Counted from the first letter of the stretch, positions 46,768 through 57,934 are shown. The stretch: 64,000 nt of DNA from an uncultured Flavobacteriales bacterium (GCA_938091155.1 CALKOP010000062.1:1295-65294), one strand, 5' to 3'. The notes: generated by a model not told the origin, from the sequence alone. Numbers and translations: made by a program.

Positions 46768-46783
46768 ACCATCCCGAGCATTT

Positions 46784-48598
46784 TTGATTGTAGTCTTCAT
46801 CTTGAGTCTACAACCTATTGTTCATGCCCAAAGTACAGACGAGCAATTAGCCGCCCACTATTACCGCGAGGGTGAATTTGGCAAGGCTTTATTATACTAT
46901 GAAAAGCTCTACGAAGAGTCCGGCAGCGATCAGATTTACGAATACTTCCTGAACAGCTTGCTGGCCGGCGAAAACTACAAAGACGCTCAAAAACTTGCCG
47001 AACGACATGCAACAGCACATCCCCAAGCGTATCGATACAAAGTAGATATTGGGCGGGTAATGCTGAGGGCAGACGAGCCTTCGAAAGCGGAAAAACACTT
47101 CGATCGGATAATTAAAGACCTAGACAAAGCATCTGTCAATCAAATATTGGATGTAGGTAGGGCATTTAGTGAAATGAGTGAAAATAAACGCGCCTTAGAA
47201 ACCTACTATGTGGGCAGAAAGCACATGGGTGACTCATATCCGTTCAACTTTCAAATTGCCCAACTCTTAGGAGAGGAGAGCGATGTAGAGGGAATGATTT
47301 CCGAGTACTTAGATGTTTTAAAGCTTAGTAATGGATATATCAAGAGCGTACAAAACACGCTGAATAGAGTCATTGGTTTTGAGGAAGACAATAAGTGCAA
47401 TGACGTACTTCAAAACGAGCTACTAAAGCGAATTCAAAAAAGTCCAGATGAAGAAATTTATGCAGAAATGCTGATCTGGACGTTCATGAAGCAGAACAAA
47501 TTTGATGCTGCTTTGGCACAGGTTATTGCATTGGATAAACGCAACAAAGAGGATGGAGAACGAGTAATGGAATTGTCGGATCTAGCTTTTAACAATTTCA
47601 AATACCGAGTTGCCATTGAAGGATACTCCTACGTTAAGGCAAAAGGTCCTCGCTCTTATTACTACATTGAATCTATCACGGGATTACTTAGATCTTACAA
47701 AGTGCGTGTGACAGACTCTCGATATGATCAAGAATCTATTCATGAATTGGTCTCAGAATACACCAGCGCCTTGGATGAATTAGGCTACAGCGCCTCTACA
47801 TCCAAACTGATTAATGATTTAGCCTACATCAAGGCTTTTTATGAAAGCAAGTATAGAAATGAAGCCGTGGTTGATGCTGCACAACTGTTGGTTGATGCGT
47901 TAGCTAAACCAGGATTAACCGACATTGACGAGGCTAATCTGAAGATTCAACTCGCTGACATCTACGTTCTATCCAGCGACATTTGGGATGCCTCTCTTCT
48001 GTATGGTCAAGTCGAAAAGAAATTTAAGTACGATGAAATCGGCCATCAAGCAAAACTCAAAAACGCTCTAGTGTTTTACTACGCTGGAGACTTTCGCTGG
48101 TCACAAGCTCAGTTGAATGTATTGAAAGGTTCTACATCAAAACTCATCTCTAACGATGCTGTTGAGCTAAGCGCGTTCATTACCGAAAACGTAGGTATCG
48201 ACTCAAATCTGGAAGCACTATCTGCCTTTGCGAAAATGGAATTGATGGTTGTGCAGCATAAATTTGACTCATCGCTGATTTCACTCGACTCTATTGAGGC
48301 GAAATTCCCTGGACATGAATTAGGAGACAACATTTTACTTAAACGCGCAGACATCTATTGTGAGCAGGGCGAATACGACTTGGCTGCTGAGACTTATATG
48401 AAAATTCCAGAGGATTATTCCTTTGGTATTTTGGTAGACAACGCCATAATGTCCGCGGCTAAAATCTACGAACTTCAATTACAGGACACCCAAAAAGCAA
48501 TGGCTTTATACGAGATCATTTTAACCGATCATTCTGGAAGTCTATTTGTGATTGAAGCTCGAAAGCGGTTCAGAAAACTTCGTGGAGATAAAGCGTAA
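46784..48598 (+). CDS. tetratricopeptide-repeat protein, exported
   Basis: 604 aa with TPR-like helical repeats (AAHYYREGEFGKALLYYEKLYE...). The start is uncertain: TTG at 46784, with the frame open upstream to 46724 and no ATG. Confidence 0.6.
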   Translation: MIVVFILSLQPIVHAQSTDEQLAAHYYREGEFGKALLYYEKLYEESGSDQIYEYFLNSLLAGENYKDAQKLAERHATAHPQAYRYKVDIGRVMLRADEPSKAEKHFDRIIKDLDKASVNQILDVGRAFSEMSENKRALETYYVGRKHMGDSYPFNFQIAQLLGEESDVEGMISEYLDVLKLSNGYIKSVQNTLNRVIGFEEDNKCNDVLQNELLKRIQKSPDEEIYAEMLIWTFMKQNKFDAALAQVIALDKRNKEDGERVMELSDLAFNNFKYRVAIEGYSYVKAKGPRSYYYIESITGLLRSYKVRVTDSRYDQESIHELVSEYTSALDELGYSASTSKLINDLAYIKAFYESKYRNEAVVDAAQLLVDALAKPGLTDIDEANLKIQLADIYVLSSDIWDASLLYGQVEKKFKYDEIGHQAKLKNALVFYYAGDFRWSQAQLNVLKGSTSKLISNDAVELSAFITENVGIDSNLEALSAFAKMELMVVQHKFDSSLISLDSIEAKFPGHELGDNILLKRADIYCEQGEYDLAAETYMKIPEDYSFGILVDNAIMSAAKIYELQLQDTQKAMALYEIILTDHSGSLFVIEARKRFRKLRGDKA

Positions 48599-48680
48599 TA
48601 AAACTCCCTTTTCATTGTTAGTTACTTTCTATTTAGCTGAAAATCGCACATTGGTTTATCAATAAATTCGCTGCGTAATT

Positions 48681-49559
48681 ATGGCAAATCAAGGCGAGGT
48701 TAAATTTCAGAAGCGCAGATTGCGCAGCTCTTACATCTCAGTAGTGCTGAGTGTATCGTTGGTATTGTTCACCCTTGGTTTACTCGGGCTTTTTCTTTTG
48801 TACACGCAAAAGATCAGCAATCAAGTAATGGAAGACATTGGTTTTACGGTTTACCTGCATGACGCTGTGAATGAAGTGGATGTAGAACGTCTAACAAAAG
48901 CAATAGAAATAGCCGATTACACCAACCAGACGGAATACATATCAAAAGATCAAGCCATTGAAATTCTGAAAAAAGATTTAGGTGAAGATTTCATGCAATA
49001 CTTAGATTACAACCCACTGCTTGCTTCCATTGATGTAAAAGTAAAGGCGGCATACGCCAATACGGATAGCCTTGCGGTTATCAAATCCTCCCTTACTCGC
49101 AGCTCAAAAATCAAGGAAATTGTATATCAAGAATCATTGATTCAAAAAGTGCAAGAAAATCTCCGAATTGCGGGAATTGTCATGTTAGTCTTTAGTGGAT
49201 TGCTTCTTATCGTAGCAATAGCATTAATTAACAACAGCATTCGACTCTCTATTTACAGCCGAAGATTCATTATTAAAAGCATGCAATTGGTCGGTGCCAC
49301 ACAAGGCTTTATTCGCAGACCCTTTGTCATACGGGGCATTGTACACGGAATATATAGCGCACTAATTGCCATTCTACTCATCATGTTGGTGATGTATTAC
49401 CTGCGATCTATCCTGCCAGATTTGATACAAATTCAGGACATAGAAATTTTAGCTTACCTATTTGTGATTGTTATGGCCTTGGGAATCATAATTTCGTGGG
49501 TCTCTACAAGTTTGGCGGTTCGCAAGTTCCTCCGAATGAGAGGCAACAAAATGTATTAA
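48681..49559 (+). CDS. ftsX: cell division protein FtsX (permease-like)
   Basis: 292 aa. N-terminal TM helix, a periplasmic alpha/beta domain and three C-terminal TM helices. MQLVGATQGFIRRPF block. Confidence 0.85.
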   Translation: MANQGEVKFQKRRLRSSYISVVLSVSLVLFTLGLLGLFLLYTQKISNQVMEDIGFTVYLHDAVNEVDVERLTKAIEIADYTNQTEYISKDQAIEILKKDLGEDFMQYLDYNPLLASIDVKVKAAYANTDSLAVIKSSLTRSSKIKEIVYQESLIQKVQENLRIAGIVMLVFSGLLLIVAIALINNSIRLSIYSRRFIIKSMQLVGATQGFIRRPFVIRGIVHGIYSALIAILLIMLVMYYLRSILPDLIQIQDIEILAYLFVIVMALGIIISWVSTSLAVRKFLRMRGNKMY

Positions 49560-49562
49560 GTT

Positions 49563-49793
49563 ATGAGCGACAACAATCCGACTACTGAATTTTCACTTGA
49601 GAGGAAAAACTTAATCATGATAGGCATTGGTGCCTTAGTCGTTGTAATAGGATTCTTTCTTATGAGTGGCGGTGGAGCAGATGATGCTTCCTCTTTCAAT
49701 CCTGAAGTGTTTAGCGATAGAAGAATGTTCGTTGCCCCAATTGCAATCTTAGCAGGATATGGTTTGGTGATGTACGGCATCATTAAAAAGTAA
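49563..49793 (+). CDS. DUF3098 small membrane protein
   Basis: 76 aa with two TM helices (NLIMIGIGALVVVIGFFLMSGG, VAPIAILAGYGLVMYGI). It sits in the conserved position after ftsX. Confidence 0.7.
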   Translation: MSDNNPTTEFSLERKNLIMIGIGALVVVIGFFLMSGGGADDASSFNPEVFSDRRMFVAPIAILAGYGLVMYGIIKK

Positions 49794-49799
49794 TCCGCC

Positions 49800-50588
49800 T
49801 TGAGCATATTAGAAGCCATCATACTCGGCATCATACAGGGGTTAACCGAGTTTTTACCTGTAAGTAGCAGCGGTCATTTGGAATTGGCAAAAGCCATTCT
49901 TCAAGATAAAAGCTTACCTGAAGAAAGCTTGCTTTTCACTGTAGTGTTGCACTTTGCCACTGCGCTAAGCACCATTGTAGTTTTCAGAAAAGAGATTGTT
50001 GAGATCTTTCAGGGTCTGCTGCAATTTAAGTGGAACGAACAAAGTCAGTTTTCTGTAAAAATCATAATCTCAATGATGCCTGCCGCTATCATTGGAGTGT
50101 TATTCAACGATCAAATTGAAGCGCTATTTTCAAAACAAACCCTTTTGGTTGGCGCCATGCTTATTATCACTGGACTTTTACTATTCCTTGCCGATCGAGC
50201 CAAGCGGACGGATAAGATTGTCAGTTTTTCAAATGCTCTCTTAATTGGAATTGCGCAGGCAATAGCCATACTGCCGGGAATTAGCAGAAGTGGAGCAACC
50301 ATTTCCGTCTCTGTTTTACTTGGAGTAGATCGTGAAAAAGCCGCACGATTCTCGTTCTTGATGGTGGTGCCCCTCATTTTTGGGAAAATGGCAAAAGATA
50401 TTTTAGATGGTGGTATTAGCGAGTCCTCTATGGATATCCTGCCCTTGTTGCTGGGAGCAATTGCGGCATTTGTAGCCGGTCTAATTGCCTGCACTTGGAT
50501 GATTAACTTGGTGAAAAAAAGCCAGCTCAAATACTTTAGCTACTACTGCTTTGCGGCTGGAACCATTGCTATATTCTTTTCTCTCTGA
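49800..50588 (+). CDS. uppP: undecaprenyl-diphosphate phosphatase
   Basis: TTG start. ILGIIQGLTEFLPVSSSGHL and PGISRSGATIS motifs. Confidence 0.93.
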   Translation: MSILEAIILGIIQGLTEFLPVSSSGHLELAKAILQDKSLPEESLLFTVVLHFATALSTIVVFRKEIVEIFQGLLQFKWNEQSQFSVKIIISMMPAAIIGVLFNDQIEALFSKQTLLVGAMLIITGLLLFLADRAKRTDKIVSFSNALLIGIAQAIAILPGISRSGATISVSVLLGVDREKAARFSFLMVVPLIFGKMAKDILDGGISESSMDILPLLLGAIAAFVAGLIACTWMINLVKKSQLKYFSYYCFAAGTIAIFFSL

Positions 50589-50623
50589 GCGAAAATTTAA
50601 ATAAGCCTTTTGGCCTCACTTTA

Positions 50624-51310
50624 TTGGTCGATAAACCATTGGAGTGGACTTCTTTTGACGTGGTCAATAAGCTGCGATATGCAGTAAAGCAACTGACGGG
50701 CAAGAAAAAAAACAAGGTTGGCCACGCTGGAACCTTAGATCCCCTCGCCACTGGCTTGGTCATTATATGCATCGGCACTCATACTAAAACCATTGAAAGT
50801 TTGATGGGTTTAGACAAAACCTACACGGGTACTATCCGATTGGGAGGCACAACTCCTTCGTATGATTTAGAAACAGAAATAGATCAAACTTTTCCAATTC
50901 CTGAATTAGATTTAGGACTTCTCGAAACAATTCGAAAAACATTTATTGGCCCACAACAACAATTGCCTCCGATATTCTCAGCAAAAAAGATTGACGGAAA
51001 AAAGGCTTATGAGTTAGCGCGAAAGGGACGAGAAGTTACAATGAGACCAAATCAAATATGTATTGAATCGCTAGAGTTAGCTACTGAGGATTACCCTGAC
51101 ATTGATTTTATACTCAATTGCAGCAAGGGAACATACGTTCGCAGTCTTGCTTTTGATTTCGGCAAAGCCACGGGTAGTGGAGGGCATTTACGCAAACTCC
51201 ACAGAACCAGAATTGGTACCTATGCAATTGATGAAGCTTTTAATATTGAGGAAGCCATCAAACACATTGAAGGCGAATACCTTAAATACATGAAAGTGTA
51301 TTCGGATTAG
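50624..51310 (+). CDS. truB: tRNA pseudouridine(55) synthase
   Basis: VDKPLEWTSFDVVNKLR and the catalytic GHAGTLDPLATGL. There is no in-frame ATG near the 5' end. TTG at 50624 is listed, but the frame is open upstream (LSENLNKPFGLTLL), so the exact start is uncertain. Confidence 0.9.
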   Translation: MVDKPLEWTSFDVVNKLRYAVKQLTGKKKNKVGHAGTLDPLATGLVIICIGTHTKTIESLMGLDKTYTGTIRLGGTTPSYDLETEIDQTFPIPELDLGLLETIRKTFIGPQQQLPPIFSAKKIDGKKAYELARKGREVTMRPNQICIESLELATEDYPDIDFILNCSKGTYVRSLAFDFGKATGSGGHLRKLHRTRIGTYAIDEAFNIEEAIKHIEGEYLKYMKVYSD

Positions 51311-51366
51311 AATTTTAAGTTTGCAGCCCTTTTCGTAAGGGGCGAAACTTTAAATCAAGACACTTT

Positions 51367-52419
51367 ATGAAGCTTTCACAATTTCGATTTGATCTTCCAC
51401 AAAAACTAGTTGCTGAGTACCCATCTCCTGAAAGAGACGAAGCAAGGCTAATGGTTATTGATGCCAGCAAGGGCACAATAGAACACAAGGTGTTCAAGGA
51501 TGTAATCAATTACTTTGATGAAGGCGATGTAATGGTCTTAAATGACACCAAAGTATTCCCAGCTCGATTGTACGGTAACAAAGAAAAAACTGGAGCTAAA
51601 ATTGAAGTCTTCTTGCTTCGAGAATTGAACCGAGAGAGCCGTCTTTGGGATGTACTAGTTGATCCAGCGCGAAAAATCAGAATTGGAAACAAGCTATATT
51701 TCGGTGAAGACGACTCATTAGTAGCAGAGGTTATAGACAATACAACAAGCAGAGGAAGAACACTTCGCTTTTTGTTTGATGGAAGTTATGAAGAGTTCCG
51801 CGAGACTTTAATGGCTTTAGGAAATACTCCTCTTCCAAAATATATTCATAGAGAAGCAGAATCTTCTGATGCTGAGCGTTACCAGACAATTTATGCTGAA
51901 AACGAAGGCGCTGTTGCAGCGCCGACGGCTGGACTGCACTTCAGCCGCGAAATATTAAAGCGTTTAGAACTAAATGGTGTTGATTTTGCAAAATTGACTC
52001 TACACGTTGGACTCGGAACTTTCAGAAACGTGGAAGTAGAAGATTTAACGAAGCACAAAATGGATTCTGAGCAGGTTATTATTCCTCAGGATTGTTGTGA
52101 CATTGTGAACAGCGCCAAGGATAGAAGAAAGAGAATTTGTGCTGTGGGTACAACTTCCATGAGAGCCATGGAAACTAGTTTTTCAACCAATCAGCACTTG
52201 CAGCCTTATAATGGATGGACCAATAAATTCATCTTTCCACCACACGACTTCACAGTTGCGGATAGCATGATCACCAATTTTCACGTTCCAGAATCCACTC
52301 TGTTGATGATGGTATCGGCTTTTGGAGGATATGATTTGATGATGGAGGCCTACCAGACTGCGATCAAAGAAAAGTATCGCTTCTTCAGCTATGGCGATGC
52401 CATGCTAATCTTACAGTAA
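51367..52419 (+). CDS. queA: S-adenosylmethionine:tRNA ribosyltransferase-isomerase
   Basis: [19 protein letters not shown]...[10 protein letters not shown]...[11 protein letters not shown]. Confidence 0.95.
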   Translation: MKLSQFRFDLPQKLVAEYPSPERDEARLMVIDASKGTIEHKVFKDVINYFDEGDVMVLNDTKVFPARLYGNKEKTGAKIEVFLLRELNRESRLWDVLVDPARKIRIGNKLYFGEDDSLVAEVIDNTTSRGRTLRFLFDGSYEEFRETLMALGNTPLPKYIHREAESSDAERYQTIYAENEGAVAAPTAGLHFSREILKRLELNGVDFAKLTLHVGLGTFRNVEVEDLTKHKMDSEQVIIPQDCCDIVNSAKDRRKRICAVGTTSMRAMETSFSTNQHLQPYNGWTNKFIFPPHDFTVADSMITNFHVPESTLLMMVSAFGGYDLMMEAYQTAIKEKYRFFSYGDAMLILQ

Positions 52420-52428
52420 ACTTACCTA

Positions 52429-53106
52429 ATGCGCAGCGCAGTTATAGTAGCCGGAGGAAAAGGACTGCGCATGCAAACAGATATTCCAAAACAGTTTTTA
52501 GAACTGAAGGGTAAACCTGTATTGATGCGAACCCTGAAACAGTTTTCTAAGGCCTTTCATGGAGACATTCAACTCGTGCTTGTTTTGCCAAAGGATCATA
52601 TTGCGTATTGGGAAACCCTTTGTAAAAAATATGCCTTCGACATTCCACACACGCTTGCCATGGGTGGGGCCACACGTTTCGACTCTGTAAAAAGTGGATT
52701 AGCCAAATGTGATAGGGCAACTATAGTTGGAATACACGATGGAGTTCGACCTTTGGTAAGCGAAGAGCTTATTAGCACCTGCTATAAAGAGGCTGAAAAG
52801 CATGGATCCGCACTACCTGTAACTGCAATTTCTCAGAGCCTTAGAAAAACCACCCCTGATGGCAACCACCCTGTAGATAGGACTGGAATGATGGCCGTTC
52901 AAACCCCGCAGTGTTTTGATTATAAGATGATCCTCAAGGCATATGAATCCGCTTCGCATATAGACTTTACGGATGATGCCACTTTAGCCGAAGCAGCAGG
53001 GCACATTATACACCTAGTTGATGGTGATGCCACCAATATTAAAATTACAACCCAAGCCGATTTGAAAATAGCCGAGGCCATTTTAGGGATGTCCGCTAGC
53101 CGATGA
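52429..53106 (+). CDS. ispD: 2-C-methyl-D-erythritol 4-phosphate cytidylyltransferase
   Basis: AVIVAGGKGLRMQTDIPKQFL and VGIHDGVRP. Confidence 0.92.
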   Translation: MRSAVIVAGGKGLRMQTDIPKQFLELKGKPVLMRTLKQFSKAFHGDIQLVLVLPKDHIAYWETLCKKYAFDIPHTLAMGGATRFDSVKSGLAKCDRATIVGIHDGVRPLVSEELISTCYKEAEKHGSALPVTAISQSLRKTTPDGNHPVDRTGMMAVQTPQCFDYKMILKAYESASHIDFTDDATLAEAAGHIIHLVDGDATNIKITTQADLKIAEAILGMSASR

Positions 53107-53119
53107 TACCTTTGCGGTA

Positions 53120-54175
53120 ATGCTCGCCAAGAAAAAAAATCTACGTTCCCTAAGTTCTCAGCAAATAGTTGAGTTTTTTGAGTCTATTGATCAACCCGCA
53201 TTTCGCGCTCACCAAGTGGACCAATGGCTATGGCAAAAGCAAGCCAAAACCTTTAATGAGATGACCAATTTGCCTCTATCGGTAAGGGAGTCTTTGGATG
53301 AGAATTTTGTAATTAACGAATTGACCATTGCCGAAGAGCAAGTGAGCGATGATGGAACCGTGAAGTGTGCAATTCGTTTGCATGATGGCATGGTGGTCGA
53401 AGCAGTTTTGATTCCTGTTAAAGATCGAATGACTGCCTGTATTTCTTCACAGGTTGGATGTAGTTTGAACTGTGCTTTTTGTGCAACTGGGCGGCTGAAA
53501 AGAATGCGCAATCTTGAACCGGATGAGATATTTGACCAAGTTGTTGCCATTAAGGACATGGCAAAAAAGCATTTCAACAAACCACTCAGCAATATCGTTT
53601 ACATGGGCATGGGCGAGCCTCTGTTGAATTACAAAAACGTATTAACCTCCATTTATCGAATTACGCACGACATAGGTCTAGGCATGGCAGCAAAACGCAT
53701 TACCGTTTCAACAGCCGGTATCGATAAAATGATTCAGCGATTGGCAGATGACGAGGTTCGCTTCAGATTAGCGCTTTCATTGCATGCAGCTAATGACAAA
53801 AAACGTAGCGAAATCATGCCCATCAATGACCAAAACAGCCTAGATAGTCTGGCTAAATCGCTTGAACAGTTTTACCTAAAAACTAAAAACAGGATTACTT
53901 TCGAATACATCATATTCAAGGACTTTAATGACTCAATATCAGATGCTCAAGAGCTTGTCAACTTTTGCAAACGCGTACCAGGAAGGGTTAATATAATTGA
54001 ATATAATCCTATTGATGACGGGAAATTTGAGCAAGCCGACCCAGATAAGGTAGATGCCTTTGCGCGACACTTAGAACGAAATGGTGTTACCGTAAATATT
54101 CGCAGAAGTAGAGGTAAGGATATTGATGCGGCCTGCGGCCAATTGGCCAACAAAAACGAGGCAGCCATTGCGTAA
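53120..54175 (+). CDS. rlmN: 23S rRNA (adenine2503-C2)-methyltransferase, radical SAM
   Basis: FRAHQVDQWLW, radical-SAM CSLNCAFCATG, and the late conserved DIDAACGQL. Confidence 0.95.
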   Translation: MLAKKKNLRSLSSQQIVEFFESIDQPAFRAHQVDQWLWQKQAKTFNEMTNLPLSVRESLDENFVINELTIAEEQVSDDGTVKCAIRLHDGMVVEAVLIPVKDRMTACISSQVGCSLNCAFCATGRLKRMRNLEPDEIFDQVVAIKDMAKKHFNKPLSNIVYMGMGEPLLNYKNVLTSIYRITHDIGLGMAAKRITVSTAGIDKMIQRLADDEVRFRLALSLHAANDKKRSEIMPINDQNSLDSLAKSLEQFYLKTKNRITFEYIIFKDFNDSISDAQELVNFCKRVPGRVNIIEYNPIDDGKFEQADPDKVDAFARHLERNGVTVNIRRSRGKDIDAACGQLANKNEAAIA

Positions 54176-55652
54176 GTTTTTAAACATACTGATTTATACA
54201 TTGATTGGGTTATCAGCATTGGCACAAGAACCTGCCTCAAACCTTAATTTGTTAAGTGAATTTGAGCTTCCTCGAACGGAAGAAGTAGAGTTTTTCAAAA
54301 ACACATCTACAGGCTCTCCGATACTATTAAGTACGAAAGGCGATATCATTTTCATTAGACCCATCAGCATGGAGACGGGGCTTCCAATAAGGCTACTTAG
54401 CATCCGCTCTAATGATACCAAGAAAATAAGAAGACATGAACTCAGAGGTGACAGCTTGTATTGTCTTGTAAAATCAGTGGAAGAAGGCCAACCTGATGGT
54501 TTTGAATCTGTGATCTATTCCTTGCGCGGAGATGTGCTTTCAGAAGCACATAGGCACGATGTTCGTTTTTCAGAATCTCCAAGCACCAAAACCGCGCAAA
54601 CCATCCATTTCACAGCTTCGGCAAACGGAAAATTTGGGCTTATTGTTAGGCAAGAGGCATTTGCGAAAAACAAGAGTGCTTCAGTGTTTTTGGAAATTAC
54701 TCGACACCCCGAGGGAACAGTGGAAACACACCTAGTTCAGCTTCCTTTCGACTCTGACGATATCGAAATTACGGGTGTTTCTATCACCAATAGAGGTATC
54801 GTAAATATCGGAGCACAAACTGGTGTAAAAATCAACAGCCCATTTTTACGCAAGCACATCATTTATTGCTTTTCGCCTGAACAAAACGAGCTACATGAAT
54901 TTGACATGAGTTTGGATAAGGTTTACTTAAAAGACCTAGTAATTCAAATCCATTCATCGCAAACCAGTGCCATTGCCTTGTATTCAAGAGATCCATTTGA
55001 GCAGGCGGAAACTAATGGATTTGTGTACATGACTATTGACACCAGTGGTACAAAGGTTTTGAAAAAAAGTATTGTTGAATTTAAAGACGATATCATTTAC
55101 GAGCTGCAAGGCCCTGATAGCAGAAAAACAGAGCATGTTGAACATCTATTTGCAACAGATCTTCTTGAGTTAAATGGAGAATTAATTGCTCTTTTAGATC
55201 AACAATATTTAGATCAAGTCTGCACTACCGATCCTCGAACGGGCATAATTACTTGTACAGACCAATACCATTTTGATGGTATTCTCTTGCAATCTGTGTC
55301 AAATCAAAACAGCAATACCATTATTGGACGGAGACAAATCGACGACAAGACCAAAGGCCCATATATGGGCCAGCAAGCCTACATTTCAAATGGAACCTTA
55401 ACCATTTTCTACAATGACCATGTCAGAAACGAGTCACTCGAAGCGGAACGCATCATGAACAACCCATCTCGATCTGCGTTAAGATATGTTTCTACAACTG
55501 ATAATGAAATACTTAGAACAGGAGCACTAGCAAGTGACGACTTTGTGCATTTTACCGCTTGCCCAGGATTTGAAGATAAAGGAACTATTAGCCTGGTGTT
55601 TTCAGATGGCAAGAACTATAAGATTGGTATTATTCGTGCCAATGAATTATAA
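54123..55652 (+). CDS. hypothetical exported protein
   Basis: 509 aa. Signal-like FLNILIYTLIGLSALAQE. The only ATGs (54123 and 54126) overlap rlmN by about 50 nt. I recognise no domain. Confidence 0.5.
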   Translation: MMRPAANWPTKTRQPLRKFLNILIYTLIGLSALAQEPASNLNLLSEFELPRTEEVEFFKNTSTGSPILLSTKGDIIFIRPISMETGLPIRLLSIRSNDTKKIRRHELRGDSLYCLVKSVEEGQPDGFESVIYSLRGDVLSEAHRHDVRFSESPSTKTAQTIHFTASANGKFGLIVRQEAFAKNKSASVFLEITRHPEGTVETHLVQLPFDSDDIEITGVSITNRGIVNIGAQTGVKINSPFLRKHIIYCFSPEQNELHEFDMSLDKVYLKDLVIQIHSSQTSAIALYSRDPFEQAETNGFVYMTIDTSGTKVLKKSIVEFKDDIIYELQGPDSRKTEHVEHLFATDLLELNGELIALLDQQYLDQVCTTDPRTGIITCTDQYHFDGILLQSVSNQNSNTIIGRRQIDDKTKGPYMGQQAYISNGTLTIFYNDHVRNESLEAERIMNNPSRSALRYVSTTDNEILRTGALASDDFVHFTACPGFEDKGTISLVFSDGKNYKIGIIRANEL

Positions 55653-55706
55653 TCGATTGGAGCTTTATAACGTACGTTTGACCGAGAGTAACAGATCACA
55701 GCAAGG

Positions 55707-56681
55707 GTGAAGCCAATAGATAAAATCAAGCTACCGATTAAGGGCGAAATGGATCATTTCGAAGACAAGTTTCGCGACTCTATACGTAGCTCGGTTCCCA
55801 TGCTGGATAAGATTACCCACTACATCGTGAAGCGCAAGGGAAAGCAGATGCGACCCATGTTTGTGTTTTTAACTGCGAAGGCGCTAGGAGGAATAAACGA
55901 ATCTACACACCGTGGAGCCGCTCTAATCGAACTACTGCACACCGCCACATTGGTGCATGATGATGTTGTAGATGAGTCCTATGAGCGAAGAGGTTTTTTC
56001 TCCATCAATGCGCTTTGGAAAAATAAAATTGCCGTTTTGGTAGGCGATTACCTTTTGTCCAGAGGATTACTACTCGCCATTGATAATGAAGAATTTAAGC
56101 AGCTGCAAATAGTAAGTAGTGCTGTGCGCCAAATGAGCGAAGGTGAATTGTTGCAAATTGAAAAGAGTCGCGGTGTAAATGTTAACGAGTCGATCTATTT
56201 CGATATCATTCGACAGAAAACAGCTACACTCATCGCGAGCTGTTGTGCTTGTGGCGCTTCATCGGCAGGCGCAAGCGCAGATACCGTAGAACAAATGCGC
56301 TTAGTTGGCGAAAAAATTGGCATAGCCTTCCAAATCAAAGACGACCTTTTTGATTATGGCCTTGGTGGTAAAATCGGAAAACCAACCGGCAACGATATAC
56401 GAGAGAAAAAAACAACTCTTCCTTTCATTTATGCCGTCAACCATTGTACTAATGGCGAAGGAAAAAAGGCACTCAAAATATTTAAGCGCGATAAAAAATC
56501 TAATGCTGATGTCAAGTCAGTGATCGACTTTGTATTACAATCTGGAGGCATTGAATACGCGGAACAAAAAATGCGAAAATTGGCCGGAGATGCCCTTAAA
56601 GGAATCGACACAATTCCTGAGTCAGAGGCGCGTCAGTCGCTCAAAGATTTGATTCAGTACACCATCGATAGGGAGAAGTAA
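55707..56681 (+). CDS. polyprenyl diphosphate synthase (IspB-like, long-chain)
   Basis: GTG start. First and second Asp-rich motifs LVHDDVVDES and QIKDDLFDY. Confidence 0.9.
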   Translation: MKPIDKIKLPIKGEMDHFEDKFRDSIRSSVPMLDKITHYIVKRKGKQMRPMFVFLTAKALGGINESTHRGAALIELLHTATLVHDDVVDESYERRGFFSINALWKNKIAVLVGDYLLSRGLLLAIDNEEFKQLQIVSSAVRQMSEGELLQIEKSRGVNVNESIYFDIIRQKTATLIASCCACGASSAGASADTVEQMRLVGEKIGIAFQIKDDLFDYGLGGKIGKPTGNDIREKKTTLPFIYAVNHCTNGEGKKALKIFKRDKKSNADVKSVIDFVLQSGGIEYAEQKMRKLAGDALKGIDTIPESEARQSLKDLIQYTIDREK

Positions 56682-56683
56682 TC

Positions 56684-57868
56684 CTACTTAAAAGCATTCA
56701 AACCTGTAATGTCCATACCAGTGATGAGCAAATGCACATCATGGGTTCCTTCGTAGGTAACGACTGATTCAAGATTCATCATATGACGCATGATTGGGTA
56801 TTCGTTAGTAATCCCCATTGCCCCGTGAATTTGACGTGCCTCTCTCGAAACCTTTAGTGCCATATCTACACTATTGCGTTTAGCCATAGAAATTTGAGCC
56901 GTAGTAGCTTTTCCTTCATTCTTTAATTGACCCAAACGATAAACCATCAACTGAGCTTTGGTTATTTCAGTAACCATTTCAGCCAATTTCTTTTGTTGAA
57001 GCTGGAATCCACCAATTGGCCGATCGAACTGAATGCGTTCTTTTGAGTATCGCAATGCGCTGTCATAACAATCCATAGCGGCACCTATCGCTCCCCAAGA
57101 AATACCATATCGCGCTGAGTCCAAACAACCTAAGGGGGCACCAAGACCTGACTTATTTGGTAAAATATTCGTTTTTGGAACAGGCACATTGTCAAAAACC
57201 AACTCACCCGTGTCTGAGGCACGGAGTGACCACTTACCGTGCATTGTTGGTGTAGTAAAACCTTTCATTCCGCGTTCTACAAGTAAACCATGAATCCGAC
57301 CGGACTCATCCTTTGCCCAAACTACTGCTATATCAGCAAATGGCGCATTTGAGATCCACATCTTAGCACCATTCAAGATTACGTGATCACCTGCGTCTTT
57401 GAAACTGCTCACCATTCCACCTGGGTTGCTTCCATGATCTGGTTCTGTAAGTCCAAAACAACCGATCATTTCTCCAGTGCCGAGCTTAGGGAGGTATTTC
57501 ATTTTTTGTTCCTGAGACCCATATTGCCAAATGGGATACATTACTAGCGAACTCTGAACCGAAGCCGTGGATCGCAAACCGCTATCGCCTCGTTCCAATT
57601 CTTGCATCAGCAAACCATAGGAAATTTGATCCAATCCAGGACCACCATATTGTTCGGGAATGTAAGGGCCAAAAGCACCAATTTCTCCCAATCCTTTGAT
57701 CCATTGTCTGGGAAATTTAGCGTCCTCGTATGCCTTTTCAATGATTGGGCTAACTTCCTGTTTCACCCATTGTCGCGCGCTGTCACGAATTAAAACATGC
57801 TCTTCTGTAAGCAGGTCATCTATGTTGAAATAATCAACTCCTTGAAAACGATCTTCTTTATTTGCCAT
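56684..57868 (-). CDS. acyl-CoA dehydrogenase, glutaryl-CoA dehydrogenase-like
   Basis: 394 aa. GCFGLTEPDHGSNPGGM, ISNAPFADIAVVWAK and C-terminal YEGTHDVH. Confidence 0.88.
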   Translation of the reverse strand: MANKEDRFQGVDYFNIDDLLTEEHVLIRDSARQWVKQEVSPIIEKAYEDAKFPRQWIKGLGEIGAFGPYIPEQYGGPGLDQISYGLLMQELERGDSGLRSTASVQSSLVMYPIWQYGSQEQKMKYLPKLGTGEMIGCFGLTEPDHGSNPGGMVSSFKDAGDHVILNGAKMWISNAPFADIAVVWAKDESGRIHGLLVERGMKGFTTPTMHGKWSLRASDTGELVFDNVPVPKTNILPNKSGLGAPLGCLDSARYGISWGAIGAAMDCYDSALRYSKERIQFDRPIGGFQLQQKKLAEMVTEITKAQLMVYRLGQLKNEGKATTAQISMAKRNSVDMALKVSREARQIHGAMGITNEYPIMRHMMNLESVVTYEGTHDVHLLITGMDITGLNAFK

Positions 57869-57934
57869 AGTATAGTATGAACGTTCGAAGGTATAACATT
57901 GTTCTTGTTGAAGCAGCTAGATTTGCCATGAGAA

